A DNA stretch of 34,510 nt from Catajapyx aquilonaris (GCA_000934665.2 KZ539068.1:1-34510), one strand, 5' to 3'. Counted from the first letter of the stretch, positions 1 through 10,665 are shown. The notes: a model not told the origin generated them from the letters alone. Translations and numbers: made by a program.

Positions 1-318
1 TTATTTTCAAATTTTCCCGCCATTTTGGAAAATCGGCCGCCATCTTGGATCTAAGGGTTAAAAAAGATGGCGCTACGGGGGAAATCGGTCCTTGGTGCGT
101 AGACAATATTCCTACAAAGTGGCTTGCCGTTATAGTAATTTGCCGCTTTTTTACAGAATTTTTTACGTTTTTTGAAAACCGGCCGCCATCTTGGGTCCTA
201 AGGGACGAAAAAGATGGCGCCACGGGCAAAATCGCTTATTTTGGTCTTAACTACAATCCTGCAAAGCGGCTTGCTTTTATCACGATTTGCCGCTTTTTTT
301 GGCGTACCTCCTGCACTA
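1..318. mobile_element. End of a probable non-autonomous DNA transposon with an internal ~146-bp duplication
   Basis: The block cggccgccatcttgg.tc.aaggg...aaaaagatggcgc occurs at ~34-73 and ~180-220, each followed by a gcttgc...atttgccgctttttt block. It ends ...ctgcacta, a TAG-type terminus on the minus strand. The left end is outside the window. Confidence 0.45.
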
Positions 319-434
319 TGTGTATTATTTTGGCTATAACAGACCTCAGTTATAGGCTTATAGCTACAGCTACATATAGTGGACTAGACTGATTTTCGTG
401 GTCCCTTGAAGTCAGTTACATCCAGAGTTATTAC

Positions 435-467
435 CTGCATCCGAGAGCATCTCCTGGTTGGAACCAG
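435..467 (-). CDS. Microexon type B, (A)GSNQEMLSDA, of the BED-finger gene
   Basis: tttccatttcag|CTGGTTCC...GATGCAG|gtaataa; 33 nt, phase 1-1. Confidence 0.6.
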
Positions 468-592
468 CTGAAATGGAAATATTATATATTAAAAGTTGCA
501 CAGAATTCATTTGAAATGTTCTAGCCCAATGGGTTGGAACATAAATTTTGGTTCTGAGATGTGATCAATGTCTCGTATAATCCTGTTATTAC

Positions 593-625
593 CTGCATCA
601 GAGAGCCTCTCCTTCTCAGAGCCTG
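593..625 (-). CDS. Microexon type A, (A)GSEKERLSDA
   Basis: tttccatttcag|CAGGCTCT...GATGCAG|gtaataa; 33 nt, phase 1-1. Confidence 0.6.
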
Positions 626-749
626 CTGAAATGGAAATATAATATATTAAAAGTTGCACAGAACTCACTTGAATTTTATTGAAACTAGACATAGTGGACT
701 AGACTGATTTTCGTGGTCCCTTGAAGTCAGTTACATCCAGAGTTATTAC

Positions 750-782
750 CTGCATCCGAGAGCCTCTCCTTCTCAGAGCCTG
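750..782 (-). CDS. Microexon, A/B hybrid, (A)GSEKERLSDA
   Basis: Same splice signals. Type A 5' part with a type B 3' end (TCG codon) and a type B downstream intron. Confidence 0.55.
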
Positions 783-801
783 CTGAAATGGAAATATAAT
801 A

Positions 802-1479
802 CAGGGTGATTACAAATGAATAGTATAATTACAAATGCATATAGCTTCGTACCTATCAACCGCACATGAACGTGTTATACACCAAATGAAAGAGGAGGTT
901 TTGAAGTTTATTTCATACCTTATAAATGTTCTATATGACTTCCCTTGGTCAGTCGAGAAACGTCGATCCGATAGTGCAATTCCTCCCATACTCGTGCCAG
1001 CATGTCCGTTGTCACTGACTCAACCGCAGCAACAATGCGATGTTTGAGTTCATCCAGGGTTGTTGGCATCGGTGGCTCGTACACAGCATCCTTAACGTAC
1101 CCCCAAAGGAAGAAGTCGCATGGCGTCAAATCCGGCGGCCTTGGGGGCCAGCAGTAAAGCGACAAGTCTTGCAGGTCACTGCGACCTATCCAATGACGAA
1201 GGAGCACATTGTTCAGAAACTGGCGAACATCTGAATGCCAGTGCACTGTTACTGCGGTTGAGTCAGTGACAACGGACATGCTGGCACGAGTATGGGAGGA
1301 ATTGCACTATCGGATCGACGTTTCTCGAGTGACCAAGGGAAATCATATAGAACATTTATAAGGCATGAAAAAAACTTTAAAACCTCCTCTTTCATTTGGT
1401 GTATAACACGTTCATGTACGGTTGATAGGTACGGAGCTATATGCATTTGTAATTATACTATTCATTTGTAATAACCCTG
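802..1479 (-). mobile_element. Tc1/mariner (rosa/LTIR-like) foldback MITE with 233-bp TIRs and a transposase C-terminal remnant
   Basis: TA|CAGGGTG...ACCCTG|TA; 802-1034 is an inverted copy of 1247-1479. ORF 920-1279 has WPPRPPDLTPCDFFLWGYVK. The empty site (aTAtattaaaag) is visible in sister repeat units. Confidence 0.92.
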
Positions 1480-1586
1480 TATATTAAAAGTTGCACAGAA
1501 CTCACTTGAATTTTATTGAAACTAGACATAGTGGACTAGACTGATTTTCGTGGTCCCTTGAAGTCAGTTACATCCAGAGTTATTAC

Positions 1587-1619
1587 CTGCATCCGAGAGC
1601 ATCTCCTGGTTGGAACCAG
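1587..1619 (-). CDS. Microexon type B, (A)GSNQEMLSDA
   Basis: Identical to 435-467, with AG/GT flanks. Confidence 0.6.
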
Positions 1620-1744
1620 CTGAAATGGAAATATTATATATTAAAAGTTGCACAGAATTCATTTGAAATGTTCTAGCCCAATGGGTTGGAACATAAATTT
1701 TGGTTCTGAGATGTGATCAATGTCTCGTATAATCCTGTTATTAC

Positions 1745-1777
1745 CTGCATCAGAGAGCCTCTCCTTCTCAGAGCCTG
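1745..1777 (-). CDS. Microexon type A, xGSEKERLSDA
   Basis: Identical to 593-625, with AG/GT flanks. Confidence 0.6.
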
Positions 1778-1922
1778 CTGAAATGGAAATATAATATATT
1801 AAAAGTTGCACAGAACTCACTTGAATTTTATTGAAACTAGACATCAAATTGTCAACTGAAAGGTTCTGTTAGACACAGGCAAAAATCTGCAAAATTAAAC
1901 TACTAGCGTGATCTTTAATATA

Positions 1923-2721
1923 CAGGGTGATTCACATAAAACTGACACATTTCGTTCTCAATTAATTTTAACAAGAATGGTGTATTTATTTATTTATTGT
2001 ACCTCAAATGTAGAGTAACTTGGGAGAATACGAAACTCTAGAGTCTAGAGGAAATGTTGAAAATGGCATCCCTCTTGCTCTAAGCACAGCACAACACGTT
2101 GCGTCTTTCCATGTTGCTTGCCGTTCGTTGGAGTGGATTGCTGTTGTCAAGACCAATGATGTCTTGTGTAATGTTTTGCTTCAAATCGTCCAACGTTCGG
2201 GGGCGTGTGACATAAACTCTGGCTTTTAAGAAACCCCATAGAAAGAAGTCCGGGCTTGTCAAATCTGTAGATCTCGGTGGCCACAGATTCTTGGAAATTA
2301 TCCGGCCATCAAAGATGACAAAGAAACATTCAATGAGTTCCATGGATTTGTTTGATGTATGGCATGTGGCACCGTCTTGTTGAAAATATCCTTTACCCAG
2401 CTCTACGTCATCCAGTTGCTCAACAAACTCCATGAAAATGCGTCGGTACTCTTCAGTGTTAACAGTCTGGTTGGAAAAAGTTGGTCCCATTATTCTCTGT
2501 GTGGAGATTGCGCACCAAACCCCGACTTTCACTGGGTGCATTGGTGTTTCATGAATGATGTGTGGATTTTGGACGGCCCAATAGCGTGTGTTCTGTGCGT
2601 TGACAAGGAATCCTAACTGCATAGGATCCCACTTAATTCGAAACTAAAAAGGGGTCATTATGTGCATGTCCATCCAAAGAAATAAAGAAAGAAATGTGTC
2701 AGTTTTATATGAATCACCCTG
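1923..2721 (-). mobile_element. Internally deleted Tc1/mariner element (DD41D spacing as read, rosa/maT-like)
   Basis: ~31-bp TIRs cagggtgattca.ataaaactgacacatttc with TA flanks. ORF 2080-2622 has KVGVWCAIS, FQQDGATCH and WPPRSTDLTSPDFFLWG, with 41 residues between the second and third Asp. Confidence 0.92.
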
Positions 2722-2877
2722 TAAATAAGATAAATGCACTGTATAAATCTAATGAATTTATAATCATTGCCAGCTTCTGACATTTTGACATCCTTTGCTG
2801 TTGTTGTGTCGCCATTATGAGTTGGAAATTTACATGACATTTCAGTGAAGCATCTCATGTTCACCAATATCATTTAC

Positions 2878-2988
2878 TGTTCTTTGCCGTTGTCAATTCA
2901 TCCAAGCAATCAAAATCGGTTTCATCACTACTTGAGGACATGCCATCATTGATAACCTCTTCAATGCTCATGTCACTGGCATGTCCAT
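2878..2988 (-). CDS. Acidic internal exon of the BED-finger gene (DGHASDMSIEEVINDGMSSSSDETDFDCLDELTTAKN)
   Basis: Acceptor cttcattcag|AT completes the phase-1 G from exon 6363-6315 (GAT). Candidate phase-1 donor A|gtaaat at 2877; read-through would stop at 2870-2872. Confidence 0.55.
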
Positions 2989-3122
2989 CTGAATGAAGTG
3001 TAATTTTTATAACACATTACAAAATTTTTATGAAGAATTATACTACAGCAGTTCTGAATTTGTCAATAACAATATTTAAATATTATTGTTGTGTAATTTC
3101 ACTTGGGGGGGTTGCCAGTTAA

Positions 3123-3210
<88 letters not shown>
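3123..3210. repeat. (ATT)n microsatellite, probably the (TAA)n tail of the minus-strand LINE to its right
   Basis: About 29 perfect units abutting the LINE 3' UTR. Confidence 0.95.
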
Positions 3211-3212
<2 letters not shown>

Positions 3213-3860
3213 TTACCCCTTTGCTTTAGGTACAGTACATACCTATTTCTGGGGGGGAGTTGCCCCTATTCGGGTTACAATTTTTTAGTGACACATTATG
3301 AGGACACTGGTCTAGACAACTTACAAGTTACATGCTGATTCACTTAATCTTATTATTATATATATATAATGATTTTATAAAGTCTTTTTTAGTAGAAAGG
3401 GAAGAGGGGAGAAAGACAGAAATAATTGTAATTTTGAAACATAAAAAATAAAGTAATCGACCTCTGGAGTGGACCGGCCCATTGATCAGGAGATCCGGTA
3501 TTTTGATTTCATCTCAATGTCGCAAAAGATCAAATTTTTGTGGAGCGTCAGAAAGAAACAGTGAAGGGAGTAAATGTTCATTTTTGTAAGATCGCCAAAA
3601 ATTTTATGTATTAAATCCGGTGGGACCAATGGAATTTCTGCTAAGTGCTTTCGTCGTGCCCCCAACATGAAGCTACATTCGTAAAGTAAGTGATGTAGGG
3701 AAGTAGGATTTTGAATCGAACATAAGGAACAATAATCGTCGTCATTAAAATTGATCCTACTTGACCTTATTCCAAAACCCTCTGATTTGTTTCTCAGGTT
3801 GATTGCTAGTCTTGTCATTTCAATTGGTAAGTTAAACTGTAGATATGTGTCGCCCTTCAG
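3211..3860 (-). mobile_element. 3' end of a non-LTR retrotransposon (ORF2 C-terminal CCHC motif plus 3' UTR)
   Basis: CSLCSIQNPTSLHHLLYEC, homologous to the C-termini at 5790-6083 and 8303-8830; followed by a (TAA)n tail. Confidence 0.8.
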
Positions 3861-3942
3861 GCGAGCGCTACACATAAACGGAACAATTTGTGGGGATTGA
3901 TTGCTGACAACCACTTAGCAAACAGCCATAAGGCTCAATCAA

Positions 3943-4097
3943 GCGCAAGTACATTTGTAAGTTCCTAGTTGAAAACAGTGTCATTATTTAAGAGTTAATG
4001 TTCTTTGTTATATAAGTGTAAATGTATTTAGAGGAAGTCTTCCCAAAGGGTAACCCAACCCACGGGAACAAATAAATCAATAAATCAATCAATCAAT
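3943..4097 (+). mobile_element. Short retroposed 3' fragment with (AATC)n tail
   Basis: 16-bp direct repeat cataaggctcaatcaa at 3927-3942 and 4098-4113; AATAAA followed by (aatc)n. Confidence 0.75.
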
Positions 4098-4604
4098 CAT
4101 AAGGCTCAATCAAAGTCAAGACGCGGCCCTGTGGTGTAAAATTAGAGTAAACAATGCGGGAGGGCTGTCGTCAGCTATAGGCGCGTGGCCGTATTTGGTC
4201 AAAGAGGAAGTATGATCTGCGTAAACCGAGAGGACCGTTTAGCAATTCTGACACTTTGAGGCCAAGCGTCTGGATAAAAGGGCTCACCCCTGAGTCGAGA
4301 GGAGCAGATCCCGAGGGAGGAGCAGAGAGGGGAAGAAGGCCCCACCTGTCCCACCATTTGCCCAGAAGGAAGGCCCATCAGAAGGAGGAGTCTTCGGGGG
4401 GCAACTCTCCGGCCGTCCCCAACAAGGACCGTCATGGCCGTCACGCTCATCTAACTACTCAGGTCAGAGTTGCTAATCGGTTTATTTAGCTGCAATTCAT
4501 GTTAACTAGTACCTAAGAGGTACACTTGTTTCTTGACTTCTCTGTGTAACCCGAGAGACGTAAAAGAACCTAACTTGTGGCCGGGGTCGTGGTGACCCCT
4601 GACC

Positions 4605-5097
4605 CCAGGTTGACATATGAAGCAGGAACGAGTCCGTTATAGTAGTCCTTGTAGTACGAATATCTTGAGGATTTCTCATATGTAAGGAAATCCAATTGTA
4701 TAGAGTGGTCTATTATGGTTTGTATTAGAGTCCTTGCATTAACACTTTCGGGATCGATAAGCCAGCAATCCACGTCAGCACCCATGTCACAGAATAGTTT
4801 CTTTAAGTTTCCCATCCAGGGAATTTGGCTTGAGAAGGGAGATTTTAAGTAAGATAAGGCTTGGTGTGACGGTAGACTTGGGTCCTGACAGGATATTTTA
4901 GCAATCAGCGCTACCACTTGCTTCGCAATATTTATAAACAGATGGCGTCTGCCCGTTTCGAGCCTCATGAAGTAGGTGGCTGTGTTTCTTGGGAGTGAAA
5001 AAATTTCCTGATAAAAAAAGATTGAACCTTTTCAACCTCCTGCAGATAAGCTAGTGACCAGATCGGAGTGGCGTATAATGCGGCTGAAGCGACTTGC
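4605..5097 (-). mobile_element. LINE ORF2 post-RT fragment, frameshifted
   Basis: ALYATPIWS..EVEKVQ..SLPRNTATYFMRLETG; same family type as the neighbouring LINEs. Confidence 0.8.
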
Positions 5098-6256
5098 CAG
5101 TTAAATTGGACCAAGGATTACACGTACTTGGGTGACCCCTTTACATCATCAGGGAAATTTCTAACAGCAAGTAAGCATTTCAAATCTAAAGCAATTGCAG
5201 CGATTAACAGCATGTGGTCAGTGTTTTTGAGGCTCAAGGTGAGGGACATTTGCACTGCTACTAGGTTTTTTAACGCGCAAATTGTACCTATCCTTTTGTA
5301 TGGTTCCCAAATCTGGGGGCCTTCCCAGACCAAAGTAATAGATCAAGTTCAGAATTATTTTATTAAATTTTTTTTATGTTTGCCGCGGAACACTGCACAC
5401 TATTTTTCACACCTGGAGACGGGAGTTGCTCCCCTCTCTCTTGGCTACTTTAAGCTCCTTTGCAAGTTTGTGATTAAAATTCGAAGGATGCCGGAGGACA
5501 GATTGCCAAAAATTGCTTATCACGCTGCCTTGCGGGATGCTACTGGGCCAAGTCGCTATGCGAACTGGGTGATTTGGGTGCAAGATCTGCTGACACAAGT
5601 GGGAATTACGGATTGGGATTCCTTGGAAATATCTCTTTCTAGCGTGGTTCAAAAGTTTTCCGATCTCTTATTGGCTAAGAGTGAGCAAGCCCTATCTGTT
5701 TCGATGCGGTATGCTCATTATCGAGATCTACGCCCCTCCATCACCCCCGCTTATTATGTGTCTTACCTTTTGCCGATCAAAATCACCCTATGTTAGCGAA
5801 CCTACGTCATCAATCACCGAGTTTGTTTTTGTTGGCCTGTCGACTCCAATTCGACTATGTGGAGGCTTGTACGTGGTGTAACGTTACGGAACCTTTTTCC
5901 CCTTATCATATAATTTATGTCTGCCCTTTCTTTCGTACCCCCAGATATTTGTTCCTTCATAACCTGCCATCTTATCCACCCGACCGCTTTCATTTACTTT
6001 TGGAAGACTTGCCGAAGGATCTGGCCTTTAATCTCAGTAATTTCTTGGATAATGTCATTAGGAGGATCGAATTGTGTGACTAGGAAGTCTTATTAGTGGG
6101 CACTGGTCAGTGAAAGTTATTGTTCTATTTTATTTTATTTTCATTTTTCATGGTATATGTCTGCTCAAAGTTACATTTGTTGTCATTGTGTCCCCCTAAA
6201 AGGGCGCTTGCCCTCAAATGGGGTAATAAAATAATAATAAATAATAAATAATAAAT
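5098..6256 (+). mobile_element. 5'-truncated LINE (RTE-X-like; clade uncertain) with 3' UTR and (AATAATA)n tail
   Basis: YTYLG, PILLYGSQIWG, LPRNTAHYF..LETG, RLPK; CTWC..H..C in a shifted frame; AATAAA-rich tail. Confidence 0.88.
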
Positions 6257-6314
6257 ATTATTGTTGTTTATGGTCCCTAATAAGGTTGTATAACATAAAA
6301 GGTTTCATATTCAC

Positions 6315-6363
6315 CTGTAAGGCTGAGGTATGGATTCTGCTGCCCATCTGCATTCCTCGGTTG
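6315..6363 (-). CDS. Small internal exon of the BED-finger gene (QPRNADGQQNPYLSLT)
   Basis: actatttcag|CAA...ACAG|gtgaat; 49 nt, phase 0-1, compatible with both flanking exons. Confidence 0.55.
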
Positions 6364-7119
6364 CTGAAATAGTAATTTGAAACATTAATATACTGTATAT
6401 TCCATCCTTTAAAGGTGGTATTAAATAATATAAACCCTGATTTACAAATATTGGAAAATATTATTACTTGTGCTTTGGAGGCATCCATCTTGGTGTGAGA
6501 ATCAAAAACCAGCCAACTATATACATGTAGTGTGAAATTGAGATATTTGAGAAAAACCTGTCATTTTGCATTTGTTCGTAGACAATAAATATTGTTTGTT
6601 GCAGTTGCCAGATTTTGATTCCGACACAACATGTTTGCCGCTTTTTTGATGCGAAAAGTCAATGGTGCATGCAATTATTGCACTATTATTTCACGTATTT
6701 CACTACACTGGCTACGGAACATCTCCCGGGCTGTACCAACCTCAGTGAGCATTGCTCACTGAGGTTGGTGCAGGAATTCTTTCCATCAAACTCCTGCTTG
6801 TATCATGTCAAAACATTTGTGCTCAGTCTAATTTTTATACAGGATATTCAAAGATCAGAATCACTTGCAAATATTGTAAATGAAAATCATCATCAGTAAT
6901 TATTTCCACACTCACAAAAACATCATGTTTTGCGGTTTTGGCAGTATTCTAAAAATATGCAGAAAAAGTCCTGCATTTGAGGTAGGCCCTACCATAATTT
7001 TTTAAATGCATGGTGCAATTACAGAATTTAAGTTGCATACTAAACTTCAGGAATTCTGCAGGAAATATTTTTTAGATGCCATCAGTGACAACTTCCCCAA
7101 TGCCACCAATAGGCCTAAC

Positions 7120-7302
7120 CTCCACAAGTAATGCTGGGTGGCGGACGCGGAGGTGGGCTTTCAAGTTTGATATCGTGGTGCGGCAGGCCACGGCCTTCTT
7201 GCAAGTGTCACATGTTGCCACACCTTCCACCTCTGTCTTGGTGAAGTACTTCCACAGTGGGCTTGGCCTGCGCTTTGAAGGTGCTGGTCCGTTGTTGTCC
7301 AT
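7120..7302 (-). CDS. BED zinc-finger domain, first coding exon
   Basis: SPLWKYF..ATCDTCKK..TTISNLKAHLRVRH is a BED C2H2 signature. Strong acceptor ttttgttttcttgaag| before 7313, accATGg start, donor GAG|gttagg. Confidence 0.85.
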
Positions 7303-7535
7303 GGTTGTTGTACCTTCAAGAAAACAAAACAAAAACAAACAAAGAAATCAGACAAAATAATTATGACTTAGAAATTCAGTCTCACAGTGTACAAAATAAA
7401 GAACTTATTTTTCAAGAATACCTCTACTGCAGAAATTTAACACAATAACTGATGACACCTGTCATTTTGCAAGACAACTGTTCCTTTTTCAGCAGATTTT
7501 TCTTAAACAATGTTAACTCCCAGCATAATCATACA

Positions 7536-9202
7536 TAATCTATATGAAGACCTCGGGGGAAGAACGATCAAGGTCCACTTTTTGTCAAAAAAGCGTTAAT
7601 GTACATAGTATTTCAGAAGATAGTTTCACTACCCTAGTTTCGGCCCCCAACACTTTGGAAATTAGATCATTATCGTATGCTGACGACATTATATTGCTTG
7701 CGGAGATCCCGTTGTACTTGCAAAGAAATATTCAAGTCCTAGAACTATACCTCGAAAAAAAACTGCTTAAACATTAACTTAAAAAAGACCAAGGCAATGT
7801 GTTTCAAAAGGGCTGGTAGGCGTCCGGAAACTACCATCTTCTGGGATCACACACCTATCCTATGGGCGAAGTCGTACACATACTTGGGTGTCCCATTCAG
7901 CACGAGCGGTAATTTATCTTCAACCAGCCAATTTTTCAAAGCAAGGGCAACGATTGCCATAAACAGCCTTTGGCCCACACTTATGAACTTGAAATTGCGC
8001 GATATCCAAATGGCGCTTAGGCTGCTTCAGGCACAGGTACTTCTATATGGTGCTCAGATTTGGGGGCCGGCCAGAGCTTCATCGTCGATCAAGTCCAAAA
8101 AAATTTCATAAAGAAATTCCTAAGCCTGCCTAGGAACACAGCAAATTATTTCCTGCACATGGAGACAGGAGTGCCACCCTTGTCGTTAAGGTCGTTTGGG
8201 CAATTAAGGTGATTTATAGTTAGAACTAGAGAACTCCCCGACTCCAGACTGATAAAAATAGCTTTTGCATCGGCAAAACACACTGCTGAATCGTTCCCCA
8301 ATGTGAGCATGTGGGCAGTGCAGGCGCGAGCTTTGCTGGCCCTGGGTGGGGTAGAAGACTTGGACTCGGAGGGTTTAGCCTCAATGGCTTCCCTGGACGC
8401 ATACGCAGACTATCTTAATGCAAGGAGCCTTCAAGCCTTAGAGAAATCCATGAGATATGTATTCTATCGAGAAATCTCAGTCTTCCCGAATGTCGCGACT
8501 TTTCTTGCGTTATCAACACCGATCAAAATCACAAGGTTAGTAGCAAACTTATGGCATTGCTCCCAAAGGGTTCCCATTCAGGGTGGATCCATCATGTTCG
8601 AGGTAGAGTCGAATTGCACGTGGTGCAACAGAGAGGAACCGGACACCCTGTACCACCTTCTATATTTGTGTCCTATCTTTGCTACACCAAGGATCGAGTT
8701 TCTCTACGACATCCCCAAATTCCCCGTGAACAAACTGCATCATTTGTTTGCCGAACTTCAAGCAACCAAATGTTTTCAATTGTACAACTTTTTCAACAAG
8801 GTTGCTAAAATGAGAGATCTCTGCGGTTGAACAAGGCAGCTATTTTTTTTTACTTCAAATATTGGTCCGACCTGTGGAACTTATGTTTGCCGGAGCTCCC
8901 TGTTCTTGCTCCGCAAGGTGTGCTTATATATATTTTGTAAAAACCAGGAGGTGCTGTGTCCCCCCAAAAGGGCCATGCCCTGCTTATGGAGTATGAAATA
9001 AAAATAAAAATAAAAAAAAAAATATGGTAGTTTGGTCGTGGTTGCGGAGTAATGATCATTAGGTCACTATGGAAGGCCCCAAAAGTGGGATTTACAATGT
9101 AATTCTATGGGCCTTCGAAATTTAAAATTGGAATATCTCAGTTTCACGCACCTGAGGTGGACCTTGATCGTTCTTCCCCTGAGGTCTTCATATGGTAGAC
9201 TA
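7536..9202. mobile_element. Non-autonomous DNA transposon (TAG..CTA-type ends, Academ-like) split by a LINE
   Basis: 37-bp inverted repeat atatgaagacctc.ggggaagaacgatcaaggtccac at 7542-7578 and 9157-9193; no clean TSD. Confidence 0.65.
7655..9022 (+). mobile_element. 5'-truncated, frameshifted LINE, relative of 5098-6256
   Basis: RT SYADDIILLA, YTYLGVPF, LLYGAQIWG, CTWC..H..C, then a poly(A)-like tail. Confidence 0.9.
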
Positions 9203-9596
9203 TCTTATTATATACGTAGTACATAATTATGTTTTCAATCATGAAGAAACAAATATTTGACAATAACTTTTCTCCATAAAATATGTGATTAATGAACCCT
9301 GAAAATATAATTATGGTTTTATCTTTGGATATACTGGTACTGGACATGATATACTACTAATAATTTTAAGGATTCTGTCAGTTTTTACTAAAACATAACT
9401 GCAAACTTTCTGGGAATGAATAAAATAAGAGGAGTGTTTGTGGTGGCACAGGCATCAAATGTTGCACAAATGTGGTGGTTATTATGGAACAACACTGGTC
9501 CATTAACACTGAGGCATTATTCTTGCTGCCTTGTTGCAAGTTTATTAATATCTAACTCAATGTCAAGGCAGCCTTGTTAGATTAATGCCCTACAGT

Positions 9597-9894
9597 CAGC
9601 GGTTCTCAAACTGTGTTCCGCGGAACCCTAGGGTTCCGTGACACCAGCGTAGGGGTTCCGCAAAAGATTTGGAAAATATAAAAAATAAAATTTTGTACCT
9701 AAAAAACAATTGCATCATTGCCTTGAAAAAAAATAATTTCACATAACCTTGCCCTACCATTTAACAACAAAAATACTTACAGGTATTCCTAGCATAAATT
9801 ATGAATTAAGATAAGTGCGTGTTCCGGGTTCCACGAAAGAATTATGAGGTAAATAGGGTTCCACGGCCCAAAAAGTTTGAGAACCGCAAGGCTG
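9597..9894. mobile_element. hAT (Buster/Charlie-type) MITE
   Basis: TIR CAGCGGTTCTCAAACT / AGTTTGAGAACCGC, subterminal gggttcc repeats, imperfect ccctaca target duplication. Confidence 0.8.
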
Positions 9895-9912
9895 CCCTAC
9901 ACAATAACTTAC

Positions 9913-10114
9913 CAATGACAGAGAGACAGTATAACCGGTACTGATGCTGCGCAACACCTCCCTCCTCTGGGTATGTGCTGGAGGCGTCACAGAGCTGGCC
10001 CAAGGTATAGCGCCTTCACGACTTCCTGTGTCCTTGCGCCAGCTCCAGCGGGCCACCGTCCCCAACCTGTCCACCGTCCCCAACCTGTCCACCGTCCCCA
10101 ACCTGCTGGCCACA
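9913..10114 (-). other. Probable non-coding 5' UTR exon of the BED-finger gene
   Basis: ctcttttttcag| acceptor and TTG|gtaagt donor; no ATG on the minus strand; contains an 18-bp x3 repeat. Confidence 0.5.
10053..10105. repeat. 18-bp tandem repeat x3 (ccaccgtccccaacctgt)
   Basis: Direct reading. Confidence 0.95.
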
Positions 10115-10382
10115 CTGAAAAAAGAGGGGCCGCAGCAAGTGCATGCAGCTTGAGCCGACTCGATCCTGCACAATCCCACAGAAATCGGAGTATCAATATA
10201 ATATAATATTATTATACTGGGTGTCTTTGTCTCTGTGGCACAACCCTGCACGAGCACATGGCTAGTGTTCCAGCCAACATTGTTGCCAGCTTACACAGCA
10301 TCCAGACTAGTTCCTCGCCTCCATCACGATCTAAGGCATATGTTGGCAGCGTAACGTTCCACAGCGGCAAAATTAGACGTAC

Positions 10383-10665
10383 GGACAAGAAGTCCTGTTG
10401 TTCCGGCCTAGGGTAGATGGATACAGTTGGGGCTATGTTGTGGGTTGAACCGCGGGTTGAACAATTGAATTTGATAACTTTTGAAATTCCGTCCGAAAGC
10501 CACAAGATCGCACGACATCTCTCGGCCCATTCCTCCATTCTAGAGTTGAACCAAAGATGGCGAATGGCGAGTGACGGAGAAAGAGGACACTAGCTACACG
10601 GACTTCTTTGTGCACATGCTAGCACATTTTGGAAGCGTGGTGGAAACATCACGGGTCATGATGCC
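10383..10665. promoter_or_regulatory. Probable bidirectional promoter / first-exon region
   Basis: CpG-containing unique DNA between divergent genes. YY1/Pho-type AAGATGGCG at 10554-10562; candidate minus-strand donor CC|gtacgt at 10382. Confidence 0.45.

Larger units (their letters stand above)
375..1845 (-). repeat. Tandem array of ~157-158-bp units (A/B variants), each carrying a 33-nt microexon; interrupted by a MITE
   Basis: Homologous positions at 435, 593, 750, 1587 and 1745 give spacings of 158, 157, 157 (after removing the 680-bp MITE+TSD) and 158. Confidence 0.9.

Noticed and set aside
507..692. Duplicate 61-62-aa ORFs (also 1659-1847) as small genes
   Set aside because: They are read-through of intron plus microexon in the tandem array.
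375..1845. Regularly spaced repeats as a CRISPR-like array
   Set aside because: The sequence between repeats is itself duplicated rather than unique, the context is eukaryotic, and there are no cas genes.
1821..1855. Extra exon ending CAA|gtgagt before the first microexon
   Set aside because: It would leave a 43-nt intron and force phase 0, contradicting the synonymous-change pattern that supports phase 1.
3103..3288. Poly-Leu ORF as a signal or TM peptide
   Set aside because: It is the translation of the (ATT)n microsatellite.
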